Under the pieces are notes generated by a model, which saw only the letters and a program-made list of their open reading frames with translations, made no database searches and was not told the origin of the DNA. A DNA stretch of 64,000 nt from positions 97,043 to 161,042 of the forward strand of contig NW_027192198.1 in assembly GCF_041956535.1 (NCBI RefSeq), in the 5' to 3' direction. This document shows, one piece after another, positions 1 through 15,303 of this stretch (position 1 is its first letter; every line of letters starts with the position of its first letter). Position numbers and translations under genes: made by a program. Origin of the DNA: Calcarisporiella thermophila CBS 279.70 (taxonomy: Eukaryota; Fungi; Calcarisporiellomycota).

Positions 1-1268
1 TCGGTGCAGGCTCCTCGGCGCGAATGCCAAACCCTCGCCAATATCTACCGCCACCTGTCCCAGCAACATCCCATCATCCCCCCACGCATCCTGCGCGAGG
101 ACTTTTGTGGCACGGCCATCCTGTGTCACGAATGGGTGCACAGGGACGTGAACAGGGAGGCCATCGGCATCGATCTCGACAAGGAGGTTCTGGAGTACGG
201 CAGGCGTCGCCTGGAAGACAGCGTCGAGGGGGAGCGAGTGAGGCTGGTGCATGAGGATGTGAGAAAAGTCAAGGGCCTCAAGGCCGACATTCTGTGCGCC
301 TTAAACTACGGGATCTGGTGAGTCGATTCGAGTCTGCTTCATCGTTTGCCGGTTAAATTAAAATCAATTTGCCCACGCTACCTACATCGATCCAGCTATC
401 TTCATAAACGCCGTGAACTCGTTAGCTACCTGCGCAACTGTAAAGAGGATTTGAACGAGAATGGAGTCTTTATTTGCGATCTGTTCGGCGGGTTGACCGC
501 CCATACTGGACAGTACGGGCGCAAACATAGAGGCTCGAACTTTGAGGTAGTGAATCCCCCCTCTCTCTCCGTTCTCATGGGTCTCTCTCCTAAGGACTGA
601 GCTTAGTTTTGCAATGCCTTGTTTATACAGTACTTTTTTGAGCAAACCCCTGTGGACACCGTGTCCAGCTTGGCCAAATGTCGGCTCCACTTCCGCTTCG
701 AAGATGGGAAGCTCGCTCATTACTGCAGTGTTCTCCATGGCTCAAAACGCTGAACACGACTTTTTTTCCCCCTCATACAGGTAGCTGGATGAAGAACGCG
801 TTCTCGTACGAATTTCGCCTCTACACTATCCGAGAGGTAAGCTCTAGCTTCCCGGCTCCCATGCGGCTTTCCATGACGAGATATTTCTACTGACTTTGCT
901 AGGTCCGTGAAGCAATGGAGGAGGCCGGCTTCACCCAGACCCACATCTGGATATCACGCGCAAAGTCGAAACGTTCGCACGCTAATCGCACGGAAGAAGA
1001 CGAGATAGACGACGAGGAGTCTGCTGACGAGGATGATGAGGACGAGGACGAGGACGAGGACGAGGAGGATGAGGACGAAGAGGACGCCGATGACGAGTAC
1101 CAAAAAGTGGAGGGGGATCATTATCCGGCGCTAAAATCCTGGAATGGCAAGTATCTCTCCTACTTATTCGCTGGTTTTACAAAGGCCCCACTGACCTTCT
1201 TTTTCTCGTATGGGTGTCTTCTGGTTTTCCCTCGGAGAACAGCTTATCTGGTCGGTAAAGTGGAATGA
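1..1268 (+). CDS. Class I SAM-dependent methyltransferase (5'-partial) with acidic D/E insertion
   Basis: Motifs REDFCGTA, GIDLD, CALNY, DLFGG, AFSYEFRLY and C-terminal SWNAYLVG. Exons <1-317, 396-546, 631-706, 781-836, 903-1146, 1243-1268. Intron 3 has a GG donor and intron 5 a GC donor. Confidence 0.8.
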
Positions 1269-1495
1269 CCGTTGTTTATTATTATTGGATGCAAATGCTA
1301 AAATGCTTCGTGGTGAATATTTTTGTTATTATGTAAATAAAATAAAAAAAGGAGCGATATAAAGAGGAAAAAAAAAAAAAAACTTCAAGTCGTAAGTACA
1401 GAATAGGTATCCTCCCCCCAAGCTATCTTCACAAATATCCACAGAGTATTAAGATAAATAAAACAGTGATAATAAAGGAGTCTATCTTAACTATA

Positions 1496-3528
1496 TCACA
1501 AGGTGGAGAGCAGCATGCCCGCCACCACGCAGAGCATCCAGCCCAGGCCTCTTGGCGCTACCCCCTTGGGGGCGGAAGAGGTGGCCAGCACATCCGAATC
1601 CAGATAGAGGAAGGGGTCCCACACGATGGAGTTGGGGGCCTGGCCGCCAAGCTGCGTGCGCACGTCGGCTTGCGAGCCGAGCGTGTGCGCCACGACGGTG
1701 AAGTTTTCGGAGCTTTCGCCCAGCAGGGTGGTTTCCGCGGCGGAGAGGGCCAGCGCCTGGGGAAGGTACTGGGCGCCCAGCTCGGTGGTCGCCACCGTCT
1801 GGTTGACAGGGCTTGGGCCGGGGGCGCCCGCGGGATTGTTGGCCAGCGAGGAGAAGTTGCCCGCCGCGGGGAGATTGGCCCACTGCGCGGTGCGAACCCA
1901 GTCCCATCGGCCCTCGGACTGCATCCCCGTGCTGACCCCCTTGGTCACGTTGGTGTCGTTGGGAACGATTGGGTCAAGCAGGGTGATCACCTGGGAATGG
2001 AACACGGACACGAGTGCTAGCCGCGAATCCGTGGCGCTGAAGGGATAGTTCGCCACCACCAGGTCGTATTTGAGGGTGTTCGGAAGCACCTCCGTGGTCA
2101 TGTTGCCATACTCTTGGAACCGCAGTTTGGTGTTGGCGATGCGCATGCGCAGCCGCACGCTGGTGGCGCCGTCGGCGGCGCTCAGCTCGGTTTGGAAGTA
2201 GTTGAGGCCGATGGGGTCCGTTAGGTTGCTGAAGGTGATGGGCGTCCAGGTTCGGTTCAGCGGCCACTCGGACAACACGCGGTCCCCCGAGTCAAACGCG
2301 CCGCCGCCATCCACGTCGGCAAACTCCACCAGCTTGTAGAGGGTCAGCCCGAAGGTGAAGTCCGCCATCACCACCTCCGGATTGGACGTGTCGAAATACG
2401 TGGCCCGCATCCTTGGGAACCCTCCCCCCTCGGTGGTGACCAGGAACCTCAGCCGGTTGTGCTCCTTTTCGGTGCTCTGCACGGTATCAACCCACCCCGT
2501 GGTTGCGTTGGGTTGCGAGGGAGTCTGGAACTCGCGCACATAAAAGAAGGCGTTATCGCTGTTATACCGCTCGTACTTGTGATGATATCCAGGGTAGTAC
2601 CAGATCGGGAAGAAGCCCCACAAAAACAGGCCAGGCACAAAGGGCCGGTAGAAGCCTCCTCCGTAGCTACGAGGTTGGTAGACTCCCCTAGAGGAAAGCG
2701 GATGGATGCTGTTAGCATTCTGATCAGGACACTTCATCTTATACAGCTAGACTTACGGGTTTGTGGCTCTTCCGGGCGGCAAAAATGAGTTTCCATGGTA
2801 GGCAGGAGCATTGCCCAAAGGTGCTCCTTGTCCCCCTCGCTGCGAGGGCGGTGATGCATTTCCTTTGGTAGGGCCGCCCGCAAACGAGCCTTTTCCTCCC
2901 AATCCGCCCTTGGCGCCCCCCTCCTCCTNNNNNNNNNNNNNNNNNNNNNNNNNNNNNNNNNNNNNNNNNNNNNNNNNNNNNNNNNNNNNNNNNNNNNNNN
3001 NNNNNNNNNNNNNNNNNNNNNNNNNNNNNNNNNNNNNNNNNNNNNNNNNNNNNNNNNNNNNNNNNNNNNNNNNNNNNNNNNNNNNNNNNNNNNNNNNNNN
3101 NNNNNNNNNNNNNNNNNNNNNNNNNNNNNNNNNNNNNNNNNNNNNNNNNNNNNNNNNNNNNNNNNNNNNNNNNNNNNNNNNNNNNNNNNNNNNNNNNNNN
3201 NNNNNNNNNNNNNNNNNNNNNNNNNNNNNNNNNNNNNNNNNNNNNNNNNNNNNNNNNNNNNNNNNNNNNNNNNNNNNNNNNNNNNNNNNNNNNNNNNNNN
3301 NNNNNNNNNNNNNNNNNNNNCCCCTCCTCCTCCTCCTCCCGCTCCTCCACCTTTTCCTCCTCCACCTGTTCCCCCTACGCCCCCTCCCCCTCCCCCTCCC
3401 TTTCCACCACCACCTCCTCCTCCCCCTCCTCCTCCTCTACCTCCTCCACCCCCCCCTCCTCTCCCTCCGTATACAAATAGGAAACAGGAGAACAAAACTA
3501 GGCAAAAGTATAGAAATGTAGGCTTCAT
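1496..3528 (-). CDS. Secreted/surface protein: signal peptide, long Gly-rich tract (spans gap), beta-rich domain, C-terminal hydrophobic (GPI/TM) tail
   Basis: ATG 3528 MKPTFLYFCLVLFSCFLFVYG then GGRGGGG; reading frame resumes after the gap; intron GTAAGT about 2756 to AG about 2688 joins the 413-aa ORF; several N-X-S/T sites; ends GLGWMLCVVAGMLLSTL. Confidence 0.7.
2918..3466 (-). repeat. (GGA/GGG)n low-complexity Gly-coding repeat flanking assembly gap 2929-3320
   Basis: CCT/CCC runs on both sides of the N gap. Confidence 0.8.
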
Positions 3529-3864
3529 TCTATCACAAGTTATCAGAAGTGATCTTTCGACAAGTCCACCCAATCGCTCTAGGAAGGCAAATAAAAAAAA
3601 CAATAAAGAGTCCTCCGTTCTACCCACTCGCTTGAGGCGGTAGACCAATTACCATCCTTATATGTCCAATCGAGAATTTCGTCACAAGTGCCAGCCGACT
3701 TTTCTAAATTTCCTCAGAACATGTAATTTCACTGGGCGAGGTTGCATTGCCTCCTCCCCGCCACCATTTTATTTTTCCGGCCTCCTGCAATCCCAAAGCC
3801 GTCGAAAAAAGAAACCTGGAAATCCTTCTATTGTTTGCATTTGTTTTCTAGATTTGGTGTGGCA

Positions 3865-7752
<3,888 letters not shown>

Positions 7753-7901
7753 TGACCTTTTTCATAAATTAAGGGATTCGAAGCTGTGCCACAATACAGT
7801 CATGAACTCAAGCACCGTCACAGATGGATAGACGCTGAGCGTAGTGATCCAATCTCTTTTGATCCAGCTTCCTCCGTGAAAAGATCGCAGATTCATAGAT
7901 C

Positions 7902-8903
7902 ATGTCAGAACGAAAGGTAGGTGCTGATCCATGATTCTGTTAGAGAGCCTTGAGCAATTTTCCCCTCTTTTGGGACTCCACTTTAATCTCTCTACATTGA
8001 ATCACCTTCTAGGTTCTCAATAAATATTACCCCCCCGATTTCGATCCCTCGAAAATCCCGCGCCTCCGCCGGGAGAAGAATCAACAACATAAGGTCCGCC
8101 TTATGGCTCCGTTCAGTATGCGATGTGAAACGTGCGGTGAGTATATATACAAGGGCAAAAAATTCAACGCCCGCAAAGAAACCGTGGAAGGCGAGCAATA
8201 TCTCAGCATCAAAATCTTTCGATTTTACATCCGATGTCCACGATGTTCGGCGGAGATCACGTTCAAAACCGATCCAAAGAATACCGATTATGTGGCAGAG
8301 CTAGGCGCTAGTCGCAATTTCGAGCCTTGGCGCGATGAAGAAAGAGAGATGGAGCGTGCGAGAGAGGAGAGGGAGGTTGAGGAGGAAGAGAATCCAATGA
8401 AGGCCCTCGAGAACCGAACCCTCGATTCGAAGCGCGAGATGGACATCCTCGATGCATTGGACGAGATTCGGCTAAGAAATGCTCAACAGGAAAGAGTGAA
8501 CGCGGATAGTGTCCTGGAGAAGGTTGTAAAGAGTGCAGAGCAGGAAGAGGAGGAGAGGAGAAGAGCTGAAGAGGAGGAGGACGAGCGGTTGGCACGGGAA
8601 GCCTTTAGGAAAGTGCGTGAAGAGAATGGGGAAGTGGCGGTTGGGGATGAAGGGAGAGAGGTTTTGGAGAACCCGGTTGCGATTGCTTTGGGTGCCTCTG
8701 CTCCTACTGCTACAATTTCAAAGTCCTCTCTCTCTCTGGAAGAATCTAGGTCAACAGCCGTGCCCAACCCCCCCTCGTCGCCAGGCGATGCAAATAACAA
8801 AGCTAACGGGACAATCGCTGGCGATAAAGCGAATGGAAGTGGACAGAAGAAGCGCAAGCTCAATGCTTCCTTGCTTGGCATTGTTGTGAAAAAGAAGAAG
8901 TAA
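7902..8903 (+). CDS. YJU2: Splicing factor YJU2/CCDC94
   Basis: Exon 7902-7916 MSERK plus exon 8013-8903 [12 protein letters not shown]...[11 protein letters not shown]...FYIRCPRC...KTDPKNTDY. Confidence 0.95.
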
Positions 8904-9182
8904 CCAATGTATTCGGTCGTGCTCTTTTTCATTTTCTCTCCCTTCTTGTTCCACTTCTGTCATGTGTAATAATAATAATCATGAAGATCAAATGGATGGA
9001 CCATATGATCTGAAACTTTTCTGAAACTTTTTTGTACGATGGGTGCAGTAACTCCGCAAATAAAATTAAAAAGAGGATTCGGTTGCGTTCAGAGGAATTA
9101 ATGTATTTAAGTAAAACAAAAAAAAAGTAGAGCGAAAATAGATTAGGCACAATAATGTTCTGTTACCACCCATTGCTTCGGA

Positions 9183-9849
9183 ATGAGGTTGTCTACCGTG
9201 ATCACCGCTTTTATCCTTGCTACATTTTCTCATGGAGATGTTAATATAACCGCACCCTCTCCTCTCTCGAGCATTAACGCCAATGAACATCTAGTATCTA
9301 TTCTTGGAATTCGATGCTGTTGCTCCTTTCTGGTGGCTAATCCACGGCTTCTTCATAGAACATAGCATATACTCTGACGAATAACCACAACACAACCAGT
9401 GTCACCATCGGTCTTCTCACGAAAAATAGCCGTGTGGACCATTATGCTGTTGAGATTGCAGAGAAAGGCCCCGCCGATGCATCCAACCACTATACCGTAT
9501 GTAGCTCTGCTTTTATATTTCCTAGGCATCTCCCAAAGTGCCCATACCTCTCCTTACTAACCGTGGCATTTGTGTATCGCAGTGGATAGTGCCAAAGGGT
9601 CTTTCTGGGCTCTATTTCCTCTGCGTCAATCAATCCGTGCGCGACTCCAGAGGGAGGCTAGGGGTTGCGCAGACCACCGTACCGCTCACTTTTGTGGGGG
9701 AGGGGGGGAATCGGACCATAGAGAGCGTTCGAATCAGCGGAAACGAGACGTCCCATACCGCGCTGGAGAGCGAGGGACACCGGGTGGAAGTCGGCTGGTG
9801 GATTGGGCTGATGAGTGCTGCTTTGATGCATCTTTTGTCATTAAAATAA
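9183..9849 (+). CDS. Small secreted, probably GPI-anchored protein (Kre9/Knh-type Ig-like N-domain)
   Basis: Signal peptide MRLSTVITAFILATFSHG then VNITAP; 3 exons (about 9183-9294, 9359-9496, 9583-9849); YT/WIVP motif; hydrophobic C-terminus. Confidence 0.6.
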
Positions 9850-10193
9850 AAGGAACCTTAGTTTTTTAGATTGGCTTTTTAAATTAGAGTTGGTCCTTAG
9901 AAATTGCAGGCTCCCGTTTTCCCCGGAAAATTAATCCTTCCGCATTTTCAAAGTCAATCCAAGCTGCCAAAGTGGACCATAAGGGGGGGGGGGGGGATTC
10001 ACAGTGGTTATTATTCAGCAGAGAATGGCTCTGGCCACAAAGAAAATGAAAACATTGTATTGACATATAAACAATTAACAAAAGAATCTCCGACAAAATC
10101 ATGCTTGTAATTACAATAAGGGGGGAATATATAGAATTCAATCATATACAGGGTTGATTAGTAAGATAGGGGAGTCATCTTCGGTGGCATCAT

Positions 10194-10597
10194 CTATCTT
10201 GCTAGTTCTAGCAGGGATCCGCCGTGCCCCGCCAGCAACGGGCTACTGTCCTGAATATCCACTTCAATATCGGGCTGTTCGGGGAACAGCTTTTCTCCCT
10301 CCAGCCGTCGCTGCCGAGCCTCCCACACGAAGAAAACCGCGAATATGTGTGCGAAGAAGAGGCCTGCAAGCGATTCCGGATGTTGGCGGGCCATGATCGT
10401 ACTATTTAGTAAAAGAGAGTCCATATTAGTTTCGCGGTGAAATAGGAAACTAGATATCTTGGCGAAAGAGAAAATTCTTACGTTAGATCACTGAAGGAAT
10501 GAGTGTCGAGTGGAATGCTTGAGAATGCTTGGAATGCGTTGACGTGGTACGCGACGAGAGCGAGCGCGAGTAAGTGCAATAGCAGCTTGGTCAGCAT
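10194..10597 (-). CDS. Small hypothetical secreted/membrane protein (about 107 aa)
   Basis: MLTKLLLHLLALALVAYHVNA signal; GTAAGA donor about 10481, TAG acceptor about 10403; TM-like LAGLFFAHIFAVFFVW. Confidence 0.55.
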
Positions 10598-11697
10598 GGT
10601 AGTGGTGTGGTTGCCGCAAGGAGAGAGAGGAAGAGGGAGAGAGGAGGAGAATGAAAGGCTGCTTAATTATATACTTTTTAATTAATAAGACAGAGGGAAG
10701 CATTCGGATAACATTTTACCACCTGCGCCCAAACCAGGCAATTCGGTGGTCCTGAGCGTATAAGCTTTCGGAGCATCTCAGTCGGTGACGTATTCTGATA
10801 CATCAAAACTGTAAATCTTGTCACCGTTCCAAAGGGCGGCCCCTACAATGAGCTGGTCGACTGTGCTACGTCACCCCTGCCTCCTCTTAGGATATAGAGT
10901 TTGCGCGCGCTTGCTGATTCCAGATACAGATGGTGTCAACGGGTGGAGTGGATATTAGTCAAGTTTCCTGCGTAGCGATCCGCATGCTCGAGATTAGGAA
11001 TCCTTCGAAATGCCCGACTCAACTGAGCCAGTTTCCATCCAAGGCAATCGGGCTCAATTCTCGGACGCCATAAGTAGAAAGGATAAACTGGCCCAATGTT
11101 TTTTTTCTCTATGCTGAAACTTCTGGAACACTTCGTTAACTGCCTCGTCTCGAAGCGTTTCTAGGTCTTCTCTCCCGAATCTTTGCTCTTGGACTCGGAC
11201 TGCTGGGGGGCCGCTGAGCTGCTGAGTCCGAGGCCAAACCGTGCCCGCTGTTTCCCACAGCTGCGCTGTAGCTTGGCACCCGGAAAGCGGGTCAGCGAAG
11301 CCAACCTTATGTCGGCTGGAAGCTCACAGAACAAAAATCCAAAGTTCTATAACAGCAAATATTAACTTGCAATCGATTGGCCGGCGCAGGGGGAAGCGAA
11401 GAAGCCACTGGAGATTTGCCCCAGCTCCAAAGCTGGTGAGAAAGAACAGATTGGGACGGAAGAAAAATTAATGCAGCGTATCCCCACTCTTTTTCCTCTT
11501 TACTGTTGAAACCTAATCCCGTTTGCACTTCTCCAATTCCGCCCTCTCCATTGATCCCCGCATGTCGCCTCATTAATCGGAATTCTCTGGCACAACGGAC
11601 ACTCTCTTCCTTGTTCTCCCGGTTCTTATCAATCCAAAGCTCTTGCACTTTGCACACTTCTCCTTCTTTTTTACCATTCCCCCCCCCCGCCACCATT

Positions 11698-12941
11698 ATG
11701 GAGGAAGCTCTTAAGAACATTGGGCAGACCATCGACCAGAATCGCATTGTGTTCACAGAGGTGCTAGGCGTGGGCGCTTACGGCGTAGTCTATCGTGCCA
11801 AATTCACTTCTCCCTCTATACCTCCCAGGTGGCTTGCTGTCAAATGTCTAAACAACCGGGGCCTAGACTCGCGTCAGCGTCATTTCCAGTTCCGAGAAAT
11901 CACGCTACACACCCAGGTGTCATCGCACCCAAACATACTTACCCTTGAGAAAGTGATCGAGACGGACGACTTGATCTATGTCGTGTTGGAGTATTGTGAT
12001 GAGGGCGATCTGTTTTCCGCCATTGTTGATCGTGGAAAGTATACGGGTAACGACGCACTAGTGAAGAAAGTGTTCCTACAGATACTGGACGCTGTGATGT
12101 ATTGCCACAAACGAGGTGTGTCATGCCTGCATTGCTCTCCCTTTGCCATTTTCTTTTGGAATGGCTGTCCTCTCTCCCGGCATTTCTAACTCGACGCGAT
12201 TTTTTCTCCCTCTTAGGAGTATATCACCGCGATCTTAAACCGGAGAACATCATGGTATTTTCCGGTTGCCAAGTGGTTAAGCTAGCAGACTTTGGACTCG
12301 CAACTACGCAGAGATACTCCACCGAGTTTGGCTGTGGAAGCTTATTTTACCAATCACCAGGTAAGCTCGATGGCGATCGGCACTCCCTCTCCTTCATATA
12401 CCCATCCATGCCCAAATTTCCCATGTTATACATGTCTAATACCAATGCGTGCTTCATATTTACAGAATGTCTTGGCGGCCTTGACCGTCGCCTGCAAAAC
12501 TATGAAACTCCCCCAAACGATATTTGGTCGCTGGGCATCATATTGGTTAATCTTATTGCCGGACGTAACCCTTGGAAACAGGCAACTCTAGCTGACCCGA
12601 CCTTCCGCGCCTTTTTGCGGGATCCCAATGTGCTAGGTGCAATTCTCCCGCTAAGTTTTGAGGCCGTATCAGTGCTGAAGCGGGTGTTCGAAATAGACCC
12701 GAAGCTAAGAGTTGGGCTGGGAGAGTTGAAGGACCAGATCATGGGGATGCGATCTTTTAGACGGGCGATTCCGATTCCAAGACCCATCATGCCTGTGGTA
12801 GCGGGCTCAGGCGTGGGGATGGGTTGTAGAGGAGGCAGTAAAAACTCGACCACCACCACATCTGGCTCACCCTCGCAGTCGTGTACTGTATCAGTAGAAC
12901 CTGTACAAAAGAACAAAAATCTATTGGTACTGGGTGGCTGA
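11698..12941 (+). CDS. Ran1/Pat1-like (Sks1/Vhs1 family) Ser/Thr protein kinase
   Basis: LGVGAYGVVY, AVK, VYHRDLKPEN, LADFGLAT, GCGSLFYQSPEC, DIWSLG, GRNPWKQA. Exons 11698-12115, 12217-12360, 12466-12941. Confidence 0.92.
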
Positions 12942-13947
12942 TCAAATGTTGTCTCATTTTTCCTCTTTACTGTTCCCATTACGTGCACACTATATACCAT
13001 AGCGCTTTTTTTTGTTGAGTTTGTAGAGCGGTGTTGATGATTCCTTTCTTTTTAGTTTGATTGTCTTGTTCAGTTTTTTTTAGTTAAAAACACTATTGAT
13101 ACATATTTGTGATTTTATACTTTGTTATTTTCCTATTTTTTTTTTATTATTTCCTGTGGTTTTTAAACGTATTTGTATCTATTTCAACGTTATTCTATAT
13201 AATAATAACTCCCATTTCATGTTCGCCCATGGACGAAAGAGAATATGGCTAGCTTTCTATTATATACAATTTGCACGCTTGCTTTCTTAAACTTTAAGCC
13301 TCGGGCTTCCCCCGCATGTGGAGGATGAGCACTAACACTACATAGTTTCAGCTTCATTATGATTGGCGTTTTTCTGACACTTGTTACATCGAAGGTGATG
13401 CGTGACTCAGCTTAGAGGTCTGTGGGAAGATTACCATTACTCCTTGGAAAAATGCGAAAGGTTTCCCGAATTTTCCTATCTCTTCACTATGTATTGTAAC
13501 GCCCTATTAAACTAAATTTGAATTAGCCTTGACAAGTTTCGATGCATCTTTTCTTCTTTTTCCATAATGCGCAGTTGCACGCTTTCAGAGAAATCTTCTA
13601 TCACTCTTGGATTGGATCGAAATTTAATTGATCCTAGGCCCCCACTTGCTCGGAGAATACCCGATGCCACCGGTGCTCCGGAGTCGAAAGTAGCGATATT
13701 CAAGAGGCTTCAAGAACAGAAACACGGACCAAAGCCCGAAGGCACCTCCCAGGTCTCTCTAATATGGCTTATTTGGATATAGCGAAGGTGGAGGTTGGAT
13801 GTTTATGAATGCAGGAGTTCTCGGTCACTCTGACCGAGAGCTGGAATTGGTGGCTTAATGCTCTCCTTGTGATTATTTTTACGTTTCTTGGCACTACCCC
13901 ATTGACTTAACCATTAATAACGTGTCATCAGCACACAAATATTAGCG

Positions 13948-15303
13948 ATGGCATCTTTACTCTTTGCAGACATCCATTTTCCTGAAGAACTTTTTGACCC
14001 AGACACTGGAGATTTTACTGCGCCAGTGCAGACATTGCTCCGGTTCACTCCCCATATATTAAGCGAGATGCCCAAAAAGGTGCAGGAGCCGATGCGGCGG
14101 GAAGATTCTGATCCCATGTTTTTTGCTGCACATCAAGCGCAAAATCATAAGCAGAAACAGCCCCAGCAGGACAGAGACAGAGAAAGTGGCACGGATAGAA
14201 TACTCAAGAGTGTGGGAGGATGGATGAGTTCTGAACTCGTGCGCAACCTCGCTAAGAGCTCCTTTAAATTTTGTGTGGAGGTCGCACGTGCCTACGCAGA
14301 GGGACAATCCAATGCCCATTTCAAAGCATCTAGTGAGGAAAATGTTAACAAGCGCAGAGAAAAGAAACGGCACAGAGGCTGGGACAAAGAAACACTATGG
14401 GAGATCAAAATGGAGCAAAAGAGGGAAAGAGAAAAGGATAAGGAGAGAAGAGAAAAAGAACAAAAGGAGAAAGACAAGAGTAAAAAGGAAAAGGAGAAGG
14501 AAAAAGAGGCGAATAATGATAATGGGGAAAGCTCAAATAAGGAGACAAAGGATAAAAACGAAAATAGCAAGAGTAAAGAAAATGAAATGGTCGTTAGTGC
14601 CCTTGGTGCCCTTGCTGCTCTTACCATCTCGCTCTACTCCTCCTATCGTGCGTCCCAGAGCTGGGGTGAGGTATCCTTTTATCATCAGCTCGACCTACTT
14701 CTCCAGCACGTATCTGAATCACTCTCAAGCACCCGTGCCTGGGTGGAGGAGCGCCGTCGTCTTGGCCTCGAGATTCCCTCCATTGTCACTGAAGATTTGA
14801 GAAAATTGACCAAACTCCTGGATTTAATACAGCGTTTAGACAACCGACCGGAGAAACGAACCGAGACAGCCGCTTGGGTGACCTCTGCCATGGGGGGGAT
14901 GGGTGCACTGGGTGGACTTGCTTTAGGAAGTACAATGGTACTCACAGGGGGTGCCGTGATCGCGGTGGGTGGCCTTGTGGTAGGCGCGGCAGCAATAGGC
15001 CGATTCTCTGGGCGAGCTTACAAAGGGGCTAGAATGGCGACGGAAGAAGAGGCTCGGACAGTGCTGCAACTCCTAGTAAAAAACCGGGAAGAACGCGCGG
15101 CAGAGGTATTACGAGTTTTCCAAGAGCTCAAGAGGAGAAGAGAAGAGTCCATGGTCAAACAAATCGAGCAGAACACGGGGAAGTCACCAATGGTGGAGCA
15201 AATGTGGAAAGAGCGCACTAAAATCGAGGGCGAAGGCATACAAATTAAGGAGAGAGAGGCGATACCCAGGCACTCGAGGTTGCCCAATGACTTGGCGGCA
15301 TGA
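13948..15303 (+). CDS. Hypothetical membrane protein with K/E-rich tract and Gly/Ala-rich hydrophobic hairpin
   Basis: 451-aa uninterrupted ORF with TM-like segments; a possible upstream exon near 13567-13752 is not resolved. Confidence 0.7.
   Translation: MASLLFADIHFPEELFDPDTGDFTAPVQTLLRFTPHILSEMPKKVQEPMRREDSDPMFFAAHQAQNHKQKQPQQDRDRESGTDRILKSVGGWMSSELVRNLAKSSFKFCVEVARAYAEGQSNAHFKASSEENVNKRREKKRHRGWDKETLWEIKMEQKREREKDKERREKEQKEKDKSKKEKEKEKEANNDNGESSNKETKDKNENSKSKENEMVVSALGALAALTISLYSSYRASQSWGEVSFYHQLDLLLQHVSESLSSTRAWVEERRRLGLEIPSIVTEDLRKLTKLLDLIQRLDNRPEKRTETAAWVTSAMGGMGALGGLALGSTMVLTGGAVIAVGGLVVGAAAIGRFSGRAYKGARMATEEEARTVLQLLVKNREERAAEVLRVFQELKRRREESMVKQIEQNTGKSPMVEQMWKERTKIEGEGIQIKEREAIPRHSRLPNDLAA

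Noticed and set aside
2734-3648. Long X-containing ORFs across the gaps (also 55650-56918)
   Set aside because: Artefacts of translating N runs.
9982-9996. Poly-G tracts (also near 59470 and 63955) as G-quadruplex elements
   Set aside because: Simple homopolymers, common in this sequence, with no further support.
14671-14680. GTATCCTTTT, a perfect U12-type 5' splice site
   Set aside because: It lies inside an uninterrupted 451-aa ORF with no recognisable CCTTAAC branch site downstream; other RTATCCTT hits are on the wrong strand, coding or intergenic.
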